From: Klebsormidium nitens
Lineage: Eukaryota > Plantae > Klebsormidiophyceae
DNA length: 64,000 nt
Direction of reading: 5' to 3'
Assembly (NCBI GenBank): GCA_000708835.1
Contig: DF237382.1
Coordinates: 14,833 to 78,832 of the forward strand
Below the pieces are notes generated by a model, which was not told where the DNA came from, made no database searches, and saw nothing but the letters and a program-made list of their open reading frames with translations. The position numbers were made by a program, and so were the translations under genes. Of the stretch, positions 25,501 to 37,029 are shown in pieces. Positions within the stretch are counted from its first letter, which is position 1, and each line of letters opens with the position of its first letter.

Positions 25501-28500
25501 GTCCCCGTCCATCTCGTCACGCCCAAACCCTAACCCACCTTCCACGTCATCCCCGTCAGCAGCGGCCCCGATGACGTCATCATCCAGCGGACTGCTCTCT
25601 CCCTCTTTTCCCCCGCTCTTTGCTTCCGCCGCCTTACCTCCCCGGTTTGAGCTCTTCTTCGCGGGTTCCGTGAGGTTTGAGGGCTTCGTACGCCGGACAG
25701 GGAAGGCCCGCCGCAGTCGCCGGCACAGGTCCTCCACCTCGCGCTGTCCGGTGAGGAAGACGAGCACTCCCCCGGGAGGAAGCTGCTTATGGATAGCACG
25801 TACCTGCGCAAGCAGAAAAGCAATCAGGTCTACGCAAAGCTCAGGCGACCAACGAGGCCGACGAGCAATTGTCTGAGAGGAATCTGCTTGTGGATGGCAC
25901 GTACCTGCGAAAGTGGAAGACAAAATATGGTTTACGAAAAGCCTGGGAAACCAACGAGGCTAACGCCCGCCACTCCCACGCAGCCCACACAGCTCCTTTC
26001 GCTCGCGGAAGTGGAACGAAACCAGGAGTTTAGCGCACGGCATCAAAACCTGGTTTTCTCTGTTCTGGGCCCCTATAAATTTCGAGATCCAATTTCCGTC
26101 CACTTGCTGAAGTGCACCATAACCGGGAACTGGCGCGCGACCACGGTCGATCTATTTTGAAATCTCAAATCGTAGAGCTAGTAGAGTCCCGACACCCAAA
26201 CACGAAGAAGCGGCGGTTTGAAGCCGTATCTCGTTCTTGGCCGCGATCACGTAGTCCACCAGCTCCCAGCGCTTGCTGAAGTGCGACGTGACCGGGAACT
26301 GGACTGCCACCTTTGAACCTTGACATCTTCTTTATGGAAGGCTCGAAAGTTTACCAAGTGATTTCAACGACCAAACACGAGATTGGCGGCGACAAGAAGC
26401 CCTACCTTTTGCTCTGCCGCCCCGACGTAGTCCACCAGCTCCGTCCGCTTGCTGAAGTGCACCGTCACCGGGAACTGGCGCGCGGCGACCTTGACAACGG
26501 GCGGCGGGGCGGGGCACAGCCGCGCGTTGCCCACAAAGTCCTCGATGCGCAGCGTGGCACTCATGACAATCAGCTTCAGGGGGTGTACGTCGGCCCGTTC
26601 CGACGACAGTTGCTGCAGCGAAGAGAATCAATCGTTTCAGAAATGATCGGCGACACACTTTGAGCTGATGAGCCAAGGTATTTGTGCAGCACTGAAAGAA
26701 TACATGGCATAAGCTACAGGAGGTGCAATCAGAGCCGCTCAAACGTCAATTGCTGCAGCCAAGCAGAGGCCAGTAGCAAGACAGCATCAGTCAGAGAGAG
26801 GCGACCTTGAGGGTCCACTTGAACAAGTGCAAGACAAAGATACGCCAAAACATGCGGGATGCTTGACTGGATAAGTCTGCTCGCTAAGTGGAAACGGACG
26901 TCCGACTCACCCTGCGCAGAGGCACAATCCTGGAGAGCAGCCCAATGAGGACATCCGTGTTCAGGCTCCGCTCGTGGGCCTCGTCGATGATAATGCACGA
27001 GTACTGCCGCAGCAAAAAGTCCGACTGCACAGAGGTGGACAAGGTACTTAGGAAGAAGCCCAGGGTGAACGGGGCGAGTATTTGAACTAATGTGAGTGAA
27101 GAGAGCCCAGATAGATCCAGCAGAATAGCCCTGACTGTGCACGCGACTGGCGTGCTCTTCAAGCGAAGACGTGGGTGAAGCAGATGCAAGGGCAAAAGAT
27201 TTGTGCATGAATTATGGATCGGCAAAATAGTCTCGCCTGAGAATTCCATAACTTCATCAGACAAAGTTGAAGCTGCATATATGGTTAGGTCGTTCTACAG
27301 TTTCGGACCCAGATACTCACGCTCTCTACTCCAAAATCCACCTACCCCCAAAGCGAACCGCATCCGTTCCCCGGCCTTCGACTTCGTGTTCACACGGCTT
27401 AGTGATCCAAAAACTGGAACTTCTATACTTTCCTCTCACCTGCACCTCCCGCAACAGAATACCGTCCGTCATGAACTTGATCGCGCCATCGCCGCATACT
27501 CGCCGGTCGTACCGCACCTGGAAGCCCACCTCCCCCCCAAGCCGCACGCCTAGTTCCTGCGCCACTCGCCTCGCGGTTGCCAACGCGGCCACGCGCCGTG
27601 GCTGCGTCACGCCCACGGCTCCCGCTCGTCCGGGGCAGTCCTTGCAACCGTAGCCCGCTTCGAAGAGGAACTGCACGAAGGGCGGACCGTCCCCGTTGGC
27701 AGTGCCTTTCGGAGTGCCTGAGCGTTAAGGTGAGAGGGAATGCTTCCGACATGCTGCTGATCCGTGCTTGGAGTAACGTCAAAGTGACAACCAAACCGGA
27801 GGGCTGCATTGCTTGCAACGCTGCTTTCCAACCCTGCCCAAGGTGGGTGCCCCTCTGAAAAAGAAGCTGGCTGATAAAAGCAGGTCGCCAGGGGCCTACC
27901 CTTTGCAGAGTCCAACCCCCGACACATTCGCCTGCTAAGGTCTGGGTATGCTCCTATCAAGGGTTGGCACATGCCCGATCCTTGAAGAGGCAACTATCCG
28001 TTCAGGGCAAGCAGGTGGTGAGCGACAATTCAGAACCGCCCAATCAATTTCTTGTTGATTGACTCTGTGAAACTGCCCCAATCCGGTAGACAACGAGGCC
28101 CGCCCCTGTGAGGCCTTGTCAACATGGAGAATACACAATAAGGCGAAAGGAAAGAAGATTAGGTGGTGGTGGGGTAAAGCTTGCAGAAGTCTACACAGGA
28201 GTTGGCGTCAGGGTCTACATTGTTATCTCGACATCGTGCCGGGGCACTCCGCAAGTTTGAGACATTTTCTTTCATCATCCGCCAACCCCTGGGTGCTTGT
28301 AAATCCCCAAATTCAGCTTCGAAGTCGCTTAGTCCGATCCGAGGTAGAGAGACTTCCACCGACACCCGAAGCAGGGCCTCTTCTATGCGGGACAACAAGT
28401 AACAAAAAATATGTAAAAACACAGGACGAAACCATTATGGAACACAGGAGGAAACGAATGATAGGAACGCTTTCCGCCTTCACCTGCGGCACCTGTGTGG

Positions 28501-31036
28501 TCTTTCCGCACCCGGTCTCTCCGCAGATGACAACTAGATCATGCTCCGCCACCGCCTCCATAATCTCCTGCTCCATGCCCAAAATGGGCAGCCCCAGCCG
28601 CGCCTCCGCGATGTCCGGATCCCGCTGCAACGTTCGAACAAAGGGCGTCCGCCTGACTGCCCGCTCATCGCCATTTTCGTCTTTCTTTACTTCCTGCCTT
28701 TCCCCCTCAACTCCTTCCTCTTGATCCACCTCAACAGCTCCCTCTTTCTCCGCCATCTTCCTGCGCTTTTTCTTGTTTTCGCTCCTTTTCGAGATGTCTG
28801 CACCATTGGGCGGGGCGCCCGTTCCGTTGCTAGCAACGGTTTCGGGTTGGACGCCGTGTGCGGGGACTGGGGAGACCCCCGACGTTGGGGTCTCGGACGG
28901 TACTGCAGCGGCGGCTGGAGCGTCCTTCGCACTTTTCCTCCTCTGCTTCTTGCTTTTCTTCCTTCCAGTCTCGTTGGCAGAGTCTTCGCCCACCGTTTGA
29001 CTCCCGGATGCAGCTTCTGCTGCAAGCATACCCTCAGCACCTCGTTTCTGGCCAACTAACGTCTCGTTCCCATTCTGCCGCTGTCCTTTGGCCACTGGTG
29101 GTTCCCGGACCCCTTCCTCCTTCGTTCCTTTCTGCTGCTTTCCGTCGGCCCTCTCTAAGCCCTCCCCAACAAGCCCAGCCTTTTGAGATGGCGCCGAAAG
29201 ATTAACCCCTCCCACAGGTGAACTCAGCGGCCCCGCCAAAGCGCCGCTGCTCCTTCTGACCTCTAGGTCTTCTTCTGTAACATCATCGCCGCTGATCCTC
29301 AGCTTCGACTTCACCTTCCCTCTGCTCCGGCGCACCTTCTCCGGCTCCTCGCTGACATCGTCATCCCTATCTCCGCTTCTTCCGTCAACCACCTTCGGGT
29401 CATCATTTACTACCACCCCAAACCCCTTCACTTCCCTAACTAGATTGACATTCTTGGGAGCGATCACACCAAAGCCATTCCCATTTCCTCCCCCTTCTTC
29501 TTCCTCTTCGCTGTTCCCCCCGGTCTGCCGTTCCCGGAAGAGCCGGGAGTCAGCGGGCGCCTCCAGCCCCACCTTCTGGAACTGCATGGCCCGGTGTAGT
29601 TTCTGCTTGAGCGTCTCTGCCTGCCCAAGGGCGCCACTGGGGCGCAGCAAGCGCTGCTGCTCCTCGGAGAGACGGTGCTGCTCCAGAGAGGCCAGGACGG
29701 CCGCTCGCTTCTCGCGCGCATCCTTCTCCTCCTGAAAGTTGGGGACTCTGACTTTTGGGTCAAGGTTCTTCACAATCTCTTTGAGAGGCTTTATACTGCA
29801 TCTGATGAAGGAATTTAACATCCACACACTCTCTTATTAATGCGTTCATCTTCATATGGGTCTGCAGCAGCACACATGGAAGGTTCGAAGGAAGCTTGGA
29901 GTAGAGTGGCGGCTCCTTACAAAGCAACAGTGCGTGCTTTTCCAATGGCTCCACAAAGCAGGAAAGAAAACGGTAGATCTAGAGCTGCCTGTAGTACACC
30001 GGCAACTTGTGGTAGTCAGAGTTTCTACAAGGCTGGCCCCAGGGCCCCAAAAATATCGTCGTCCTTTTTTGACTAAAGTCAATGGTAATTATCAGGAGAT
30101 TGAAAAGATTCTGATTTACCTGCAGGCGGCGAAGTTTCCTTTTCTGGTTCTTGCTCAGCACCGCGGCTGACTCTTTCTGGGGCCCATCCTCACGCCTGCG
30201 CTTCTTGGACCCAGCCAGCACGAGCGCGTTGCTGCCATCACCACTGTTGAGTGGAATGAGCGCGCAAATGAGAGAAGGGCAACAAGTTTTCCAAATCATG
30301 TCACTGGAATACTATCACGAAAGAGAAAATATATCTAGAACTTCAGCTAACAGCTGATGAAGTGATTGGGGGCTGCTGCTTTTGAAAAGCAGTGACTGAT
30401 ATCAGGCCACCTGCTTATGTGAGAGGTGAGGACACAATCCTTCAATTTCACACCATTTGCCGATGCTTGATTGTTATAAGAAACGAAATTGCCATAAATC
30501 ATCAACAGCTAAATCACGCGGACATAATCTTAAGGAACAAACGACGACCACCGGCACCACTGCAATCACCACCATCCCCAAAATCACCACCCTCGGGCTA
30601 CCACCAAAACCATCACCACCATCAAAGTCGTGGTACTTTTAAGAGACTCCATCAGAACCACCACCAAAAGCACAAATAACCACCACTAACCACCACCACC
30701 AACCACTCACAATTATGAAGACTGCATAAGCTCCGATTCTACAAGTAACCAAGGTATACTACGGCATCAGGATTCTGTTCCTAAAGGATCATGTCTGTGT
30801 CCACAGCACTGATTCCTCCTACTCCTCTGACAATTGCAACTGTCAAAGGAGACAAAATCTATCGAGGGTGGCAATGGATCATCTGTGATCCCTCCTCACC
30901 TTGCACTGCCCAACTCTGCCGCCAGCTCAGGTGACAGCAGCGGACCATCTAGGCTAGCATCGGTAGGTGGCTGTACATAAGCCCTCTGGGACTGCTTGCC
31001 CTTTGCCTCATTCCGCTGCTGCTTCTTGCTCTTCAT
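22590..31036 (-). CDS. DHX37: DEAH-box ATP-dependent RNA helicase DHX37/Dhr1-like (plant DEAH13-like), ~1514 aa
   Basis: Exons 31036-30900, 30243-30120, 29731-28484, 27670-27440, 27024-26911, 26612-26406, 25803-24901, 24541-23462, 23090-22590; total 4545 nt, in frame. Motifs: [71 protein letters not shown]. The Dhr1-type N-terminus ([17 protein letters not shown]) and C-terminus are present. Confidence 0.93.
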
Positions 31037-31510
31037 TCTCACAAAATTAGGAAAGAAACCCTAATGCCGTGGAAATGCAATCTCAATCAACTTTAAAAGG
31101 TCTTGACAGAACAGCATCCTGGAAAATATTCAGGGACTGTTGCCTTCGTTCAACAGCTGCTCTTGCCTGGCTAGCCAGCCATACCTACTTGGATGAAAGG
31201 AACGCTGCTGCGCAGGCAGCAGGGCTCCCACTCTTGAGACTTGAGCTCTCAAACTTGGTTCACCGTCAGTTCATCTGCTGTTCTGTTTCAACTTTCAGCC
31301 ATTCATAGAAGATGAGACGCGTTACCAAGCTTGGACAAAGATTCAGGATAAGACAAGAGTCGATGGGTGAGCGACTACGACCGTAACGCTGACACTCCTA
31401 AAGCAAGGGAGTTCGTCTTGGTAATACATACCTAGATCAAAACTTCTTCATTGTCCTTGCAGCTTGCATGCTGGCCTGCGGCGGTCCTAAAGCCTAAGGC
31501 GGCCGCCATT

Positions 31511-32696
31511 ATGGTGAGTGTTCTGCTTGTTTTCTGCATGGTTTCTTTCTTCTTCCTGGACTTGGTCGGTTGAGCATCAGATGCAGCCTTGCGTTCGTTC
31601 CCCGGCGGTTGAAAGCAGGAAGATAAGGTGGACCGGTAACTATTCGTCTGCCGGCTGTATTGGCGGCCTCTCATCCTTGTTGAAGAGAAGTACATGTCAG
31701 TTGTGGGACTGAAGGCAGTAGTCCGTCTACAGAGCATCTTGGAGTCCGTATACAGAGCATCTTCAGCTCTGTAGCTGTCTGCTGTTCTCATTGGTTTGCA
31801 TGTCTTTCGTCCAGCAGGCGCTAGCTACAATTTCGTTGAACATGAGTCTATCTGCAGATGTGTGACAACACAGATGTGTAAGTCTATAATCCATGATACA
31901 AAATAAGTTTAATGTGCCAGTCATTGCTGATTTTCCTGACATTGCAAAGTCTGCTTCATCGTTGCTGCACTGCATGCACTGCTAATCTGGCTCATGTTGA
32001 CATGCTTGCAGGACTATGAAGGCCAGCGACTGTCGGAGCAGATCATGCAATGGCTGATCATTGTTGCCGCAGTAAGTGCACGTATAGCGAGTTTGCTGTG
32101 GCGGAATTGGCTTGCCGCTTTTTTGCATCATCAACATTCGTTCAGACAGGTTTGACACCTTGGCGTTGGAGCTCAATGCAAAGGTTGATCCACACATTTG
32201 TATTTGCATGCTGATTTTAGATGCATTAAAATGCTGTTGAAGGTGATTGCCGCAGTCGGGGTGATTTTTGCTTCCATTCTGCAGGTCATAGGGTTCTTAG
32301 CTGGTTACATCACATCCTCATACCGTCTGATGCTGGAAATCTACACTGGAGGGATGGTTCTGGCCTTCTTGGTGAGTGCATTCCCAGATCGTTAGAGCAG
32401 TGGATTCAACTGGATATACTGGTTGCTGAATGACCAGGCAAATATGCTCACTGCCAACTGCTCCTTGCCTTGTTGGAACTTCTGTGATGCAATTGAGGAA
32501 GAGCTGTCTCTCCTCAAATTTGACTTCTCTCTGCCAAATGCAGCTGGCTGTACCAGACTGGCCGTACTTCAATTGGCACAAGTTATCGTGGCTTCCTGAG
32601 CAGCCTCCCAGTGAAGATGAAGCAGCGGCTTCCTCTTCAACATTGGCTGTGCAAAAGTCGAAACAAGGAAAACGAAGTTCCAAAGGCAAGCGCTAG
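31511..32696 (+). CDS. SPCS1: Signal peptidase complex subunit 1 (SPC12), ~100 aa
   Basis: Exons 31511-31513 (ATG|gtgagt), 32012-32071, 32285-32371, 32544-32696. Protein MDYEGQRLSEQIMQWLIIVAAVIGFLAGYITSSYRLMLEIYTGGMVLAFLLAVPDWPYFNWHKLSWLP... carries the diagnostic MD(Y/W)EGQ and VP.WP motifs. Confidence 0.93.
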
Positions 32697-34299
32697 AAAA
32701 TCTTACCTAGAGATCAGGTGCAGCAGTGAGTTGGGTTACAAGGATGTTGTTGTCAAGGACATCAACAGTCTTAGCAAAGCAGGCTCCCTTGATTCCGAGT
32801 GGTCTCGGATGCGGGCTTCAAACCCGTAGCGGCCTAGCGGCCGAGCTGTTCGATTCAGCCTAGGGAGCGGACTTGGTGCGCGTAAGTTTGACCAAAAATG
32901 GAGCTAATGTGTAGATTGGTAGTCAATGTTCTTCCATACAAGCTCCTTCCCGAACAGCAGTAACTAGTACTGATCCCAGGTTTGAGTTTTCAGAGTGGCC
33001 CTCCCCGTTTGAGCCTCTTCTTTGGCAAAAGGGGAAAGTTTTGTGCTTCTGCTCAAAAAATGAAGAGGCTCGTCGCTGGCAATTACAAGACGTTTGCAAC
33101 ACTCCGAATTTGTTCCTCGTCTACATTCTTACAGCAATCTGAACTGCATAAAACGCAAAGATGGGTATTGGCAGAGGGCGCATGTACAGGTGACTGTATG
33201 TGATGCTGCCATGCCACCAAAGGCCATTATATATAATGCCAGATAAGTATATAACAGATAAGAAATGTGATTTTCCAGCAATGGTAGGGGTACTTATGTA
33301 TACGCACTTCGCATTGAACCATAATAACTGGCCAAGTAATCGAAGCGTAAATTCCAGCTAAGTAGATATACTGCGTGACACACTGAATGTTGATTATACA
33401 GTGCCTTGCTAGTACGCGCATTCATTGCTGCGGTATGCACGCGCCAATTAACTTAGCTCTAGTTAAAGCTTGTATACTTGTGATTGAGCATGATCGACGT
33501 CACACTCGAGGACTGCAATTGGCCATGCAGGCCATGCTGCACCTACAATTCTCACTGGCTTGTATGGCACATACTTAAATTGCAAGAGTGACTATCGCAC
33601 TCGGCTTGAGTCCACGACGCCTATCACCACACTTGGACTAGTTCATATTATTAATTCTCATCCTTTTGCCCCAATAATAATGAGCTCGAAAGGAGAGTTG
33701 CTTCCATGCATCTAGCTTGCCTGAAGCAATGTATAGTACCACTATCAATCATTCTAGAGGCCCTGCTTTAAAACCAGACGAGTTCTGACTACAGTGATTG
33801 TCTCACTGATCTAGCAACCGTTAGCCCCTCCTGGCAATACTGCGAGCAATTTTCTAAGCGCCTTTCAATCTATCCACTACAAAGTATGGCAAGCGAGCGC
33901 GGCATCTAGGGACTATATTTGCAATGCCATAGGTCTGATCCACAAAGCTGTGGTCAGTTTGTTGTCCTTTCATTCTTTGTCACCACCAAAGAGTCGCCCT
34001 CTTTGCGCACACCAAATGTAGAGATCCCCTGAAAAGAAGCAGCAAGGCTCGAACTAAGAATCAAAGAAAGGCATAGCCACCATCTGGCTTTCTGAAAAAC
34101 TTCCCATGATTAAGAACCATATGAACCAGATATGCAACACGATCTATCACTTAACTGATATTGGACATAGTTTCTAAGCGCAGGCCCGTTGCAACGGAGA
34201 CATGTTTCTCCACAAGGTAAAGGCTTGAAGCTTCTCGAGTTTGAGTGACAAAAGTAGAGAGACCCACCTTCGGCCTACGAAAAATAGTACATGCTCTAG

Positions 34300-34657
34300 A
34301 GCAGCATATGTCCTCCATATCTGTCACCTCGCCAGTCTTTAAGTCTACGCACCACCCATGCCAGGGACATCGAAGTTCGCATCCTTCAAGAGAACCTGCA
34401 AGCGATCAGAGAAAATGATAAACTAGGACTTGGATACCAAGTACTGGGCTATTGCACAACTGACACTCGAAAAGGTGTCCATTTCTTCGTTAAGATTCTT
34501 CCAGTGCAAAAGATTGATCAAAGGCTCCAGATTGAGGTTCATGAGAAAGGCAGCTTTCAGATCCAAAGTCAAACCGGGATGCTGGTCATACCCCAAGGAC
34601 ATTGGATGCCCAAAGCAAGAGAGAGGGCATATTCAAACAAAGCCCTGCAAAATTCAG
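34300..34657 (+). CDS. Candidate upstream exon of the PIG-Q gene
   Basis: Stop-free frame between tag|AGC (34300) and TCA G|gtatta (34657), encoding ...VRILQENLQAIRENDKLGLGYQVLGYC.... This loosely resembles my recollection of the N-terminal region of plant PIG-Q. The link to downstream exons cannot be traced across the N gap. Confidence 0.35.
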
Positions 34658-35796
34658 GTATTAAATCTTAAATTTTGGAGTCCCTTACCTCCAGCCAGGG
34701 GCCAGCCCTTGTGGGGGCAACTCTGCACCAAGAGCTGGGGTCAGAAGGTGCTGCTGGCTTTACAACCACCCATCACCAGACCACATTTCGTACCACATCT
34801 CAAGGCAAATCTCATAGGTACCCACACTCTGTCTTCCTTTGAGGTAAAAGAGGGAAACAGAGATGAATTACGTTCATACAGACTAAAGAAAGCAGCTATC
34901 AGCGCTCACGACAAGATGCTAGCGCCCTCCAAATCCTGTGTACCTTCGAGAATATTCTTTGAGATTGATTGGTCATTGCCTTGCGTTTGACGTCATATGG
35001 AGAAAGCCATCTTGCCAAACACCAAGCATGTCATTCTAAACTCACATTTTCAACTGCATAAAACCCCTCCCCTGTGTTGAAGACAACAACGTCCTGAGTT
35101 GAACTGACACCTGCGAGTGCAATGGCACCTGTTAGCTCAAAGGAGCCTTCCGTGCGGTGGTGCAAACTTTTACAACCTCCTATGCTTGACTCAAGCTCTG
35201 GTCGTTAAGGTAACCTGGAGCATCGCTGCATGGTGTAAGGTCAGGGCGCTTGCAGTGGCGTCGAACTAGGAGAGATGCATTGAGCAGATTCTGATCCTAT
35301 TGGAGGGCCCCAACTGGGGGCAAAGACCTTTGAACTGCCACCCAGCAAGGGGAATCCCCCCACAGCTTCGCAAAGCAGAAACATGCAACACTACTTCAGA
35401 TTTGATGGTTTCAGGAGCTTCACTCCGTGCTCCAGTGCTGCACTCACCAGCTTCTGCCCCCACCGCTTCTCGTGCACCTTGTAAGGTCAATTGCACCACC
35501 ACCGACCTGCCCCTCCGTGGAATTTGTGCAGAGGGGACTCTCACCTCCTCTGCCATCCTTGAGCACACACAGCGATTGCCCTACCATCGCCGCTTCTTTT
35601 CACCGACTGTTCTGACAATCAGACCTCACGGTGGGCCTCAGTTGCAGGCAGGAACCTGCCATGCCAGGCCAACGGCATTACAGGCGTGCTCTTCGTCCTT
35701 GAATGTAAGATCAAAGATGGAGGGACATTGCCCTCACCTGAAGCCGTCTTCCCCCATCCTCCCCCCATCCTCCCATGCAACATGACGAAATGACGT

Positions 35797-36316
35797 NNNN
35801 NNNNNNNNNNNNNNNNNNNNNNNNNNNNNNNNNNNNNNNNNNNNNNNNNNNNNNNNNNNNNNNNNNNNNNNNNNNNNNNNNNNNNNNNNNNNNNNNNNNN
35901 NNNNNNNNNNNNNNNNNNNNNNNNNNNNNNNNNNNNNNNNNNNNNNNNNNNNNNNNNNNNNNNNNNNNNNNNNNNNNNNNNNNNNNNNNNNNNNNNNNNN
36001 NNNNNNNNNNNNNNNNNNNNNNNNNNNNNNNNNNNNNNNNNNNNNNNNNNNNNNNNNNNNNNNNNNNNNNNNNNNNNNNNNNNNNNNNNNNNNNNNNNNN
36101 NNNNNNNNNNNNNNNNNNNNNNNNNNNNNNNNNNNNNNNNNNNNNNNNNNNNNNNNNNNNNNNNNNNNNNNNNNNNNNNNNNNNNNNNNNNNNNNNNNNN
36201 NNNNNNNNNNNNNNNNNNNNNNNNNNNNNNNNNNNNNNNNNNNNNNNNNNNNNNNNNNNNNNNNNNNNNNNNNNNNNNNNNNNNNNNNNNNNNNNNNNNN
36301 NNNNNNNNNNNNNNNN
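35797..36316. other. Assembly gap (520 N)
   Basis: Run of N. Confidence 1.
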
Positions 36317-37029
36317 TGAGAACTGTGCTGGGCACGGGTAAGGTGCAGAGCATTCTAGGGTTTCAAGCAAGCAAACCCTAAAGCCGTCAATTCATCTGCG
36401 CTGGAGCCTGGAGGGCCATAATTGTCTGCATTGCATTTGAATAGATCTGTTATGAGATGAAAGCTTGATGACGCCAATGGAGCTGAGCGAAGCAGATTGC
36501 AAAGGGCAATCCAGTGAGGGGTTGCGGCTATTTGCGGAGCGATCGCTGTTTTGCAGGACGAAGCTGGGGCCATGAGGTTTGGCAGCTCGCAGTACGTAAA
36601 CTTTTCACTGTGGCAAGTCGTTGTATGCATTGCAGATTCCGAGCGTATCGTGGTGGTGCCTGAAGGAGCTTGTCGACCTCTCATAACTTTTTCAATCCAG
36701 CTGAAAACATTGTGGATAACAAGTTTGAATTGGTGCAATATTATGTTCAGGTCTGGGGCATCGTGTACAAGCACGAGCTCTGTCATAGTCATCCCTCAGT
36801 TGAATCGTGCTTCTTGCTGTTCCTAGCATTGGCTGTTTCCCAAGCTGCACATAGACACTTACAAGGAAATCTGTTGACCATTCTTTCCTGTTCTCCCGAC
36901 CTGAAATTTGAGCTCCACTAGAAACAGTCGGTTGGCAGTTTGCCCCAACTCTCATTGGAATGAATGTAAACTCCCCCGAGTCCAACCACCATTTGCTCAT
37001 ACTCAAGCTGCGCAATGCTTTCTTTTCAG

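Noticed and set aside
22789-29763. Many 100-170 aa ORFs overlapping DHX37 exons on the opposite strand or in alternate frames
   Set aside because: Shadow ORFs expected from GC-rich coding sequence; no recognisable motifs.
34430-34990. 186-aa plus-strand ORF
   Set aside because: No recognisable motif; an overlapping different frame is the better exon candidate.
35619-36370. Long ORFs of 188-244 aa spanning the gap
   Set aside because: Artefacts of translating N runs.
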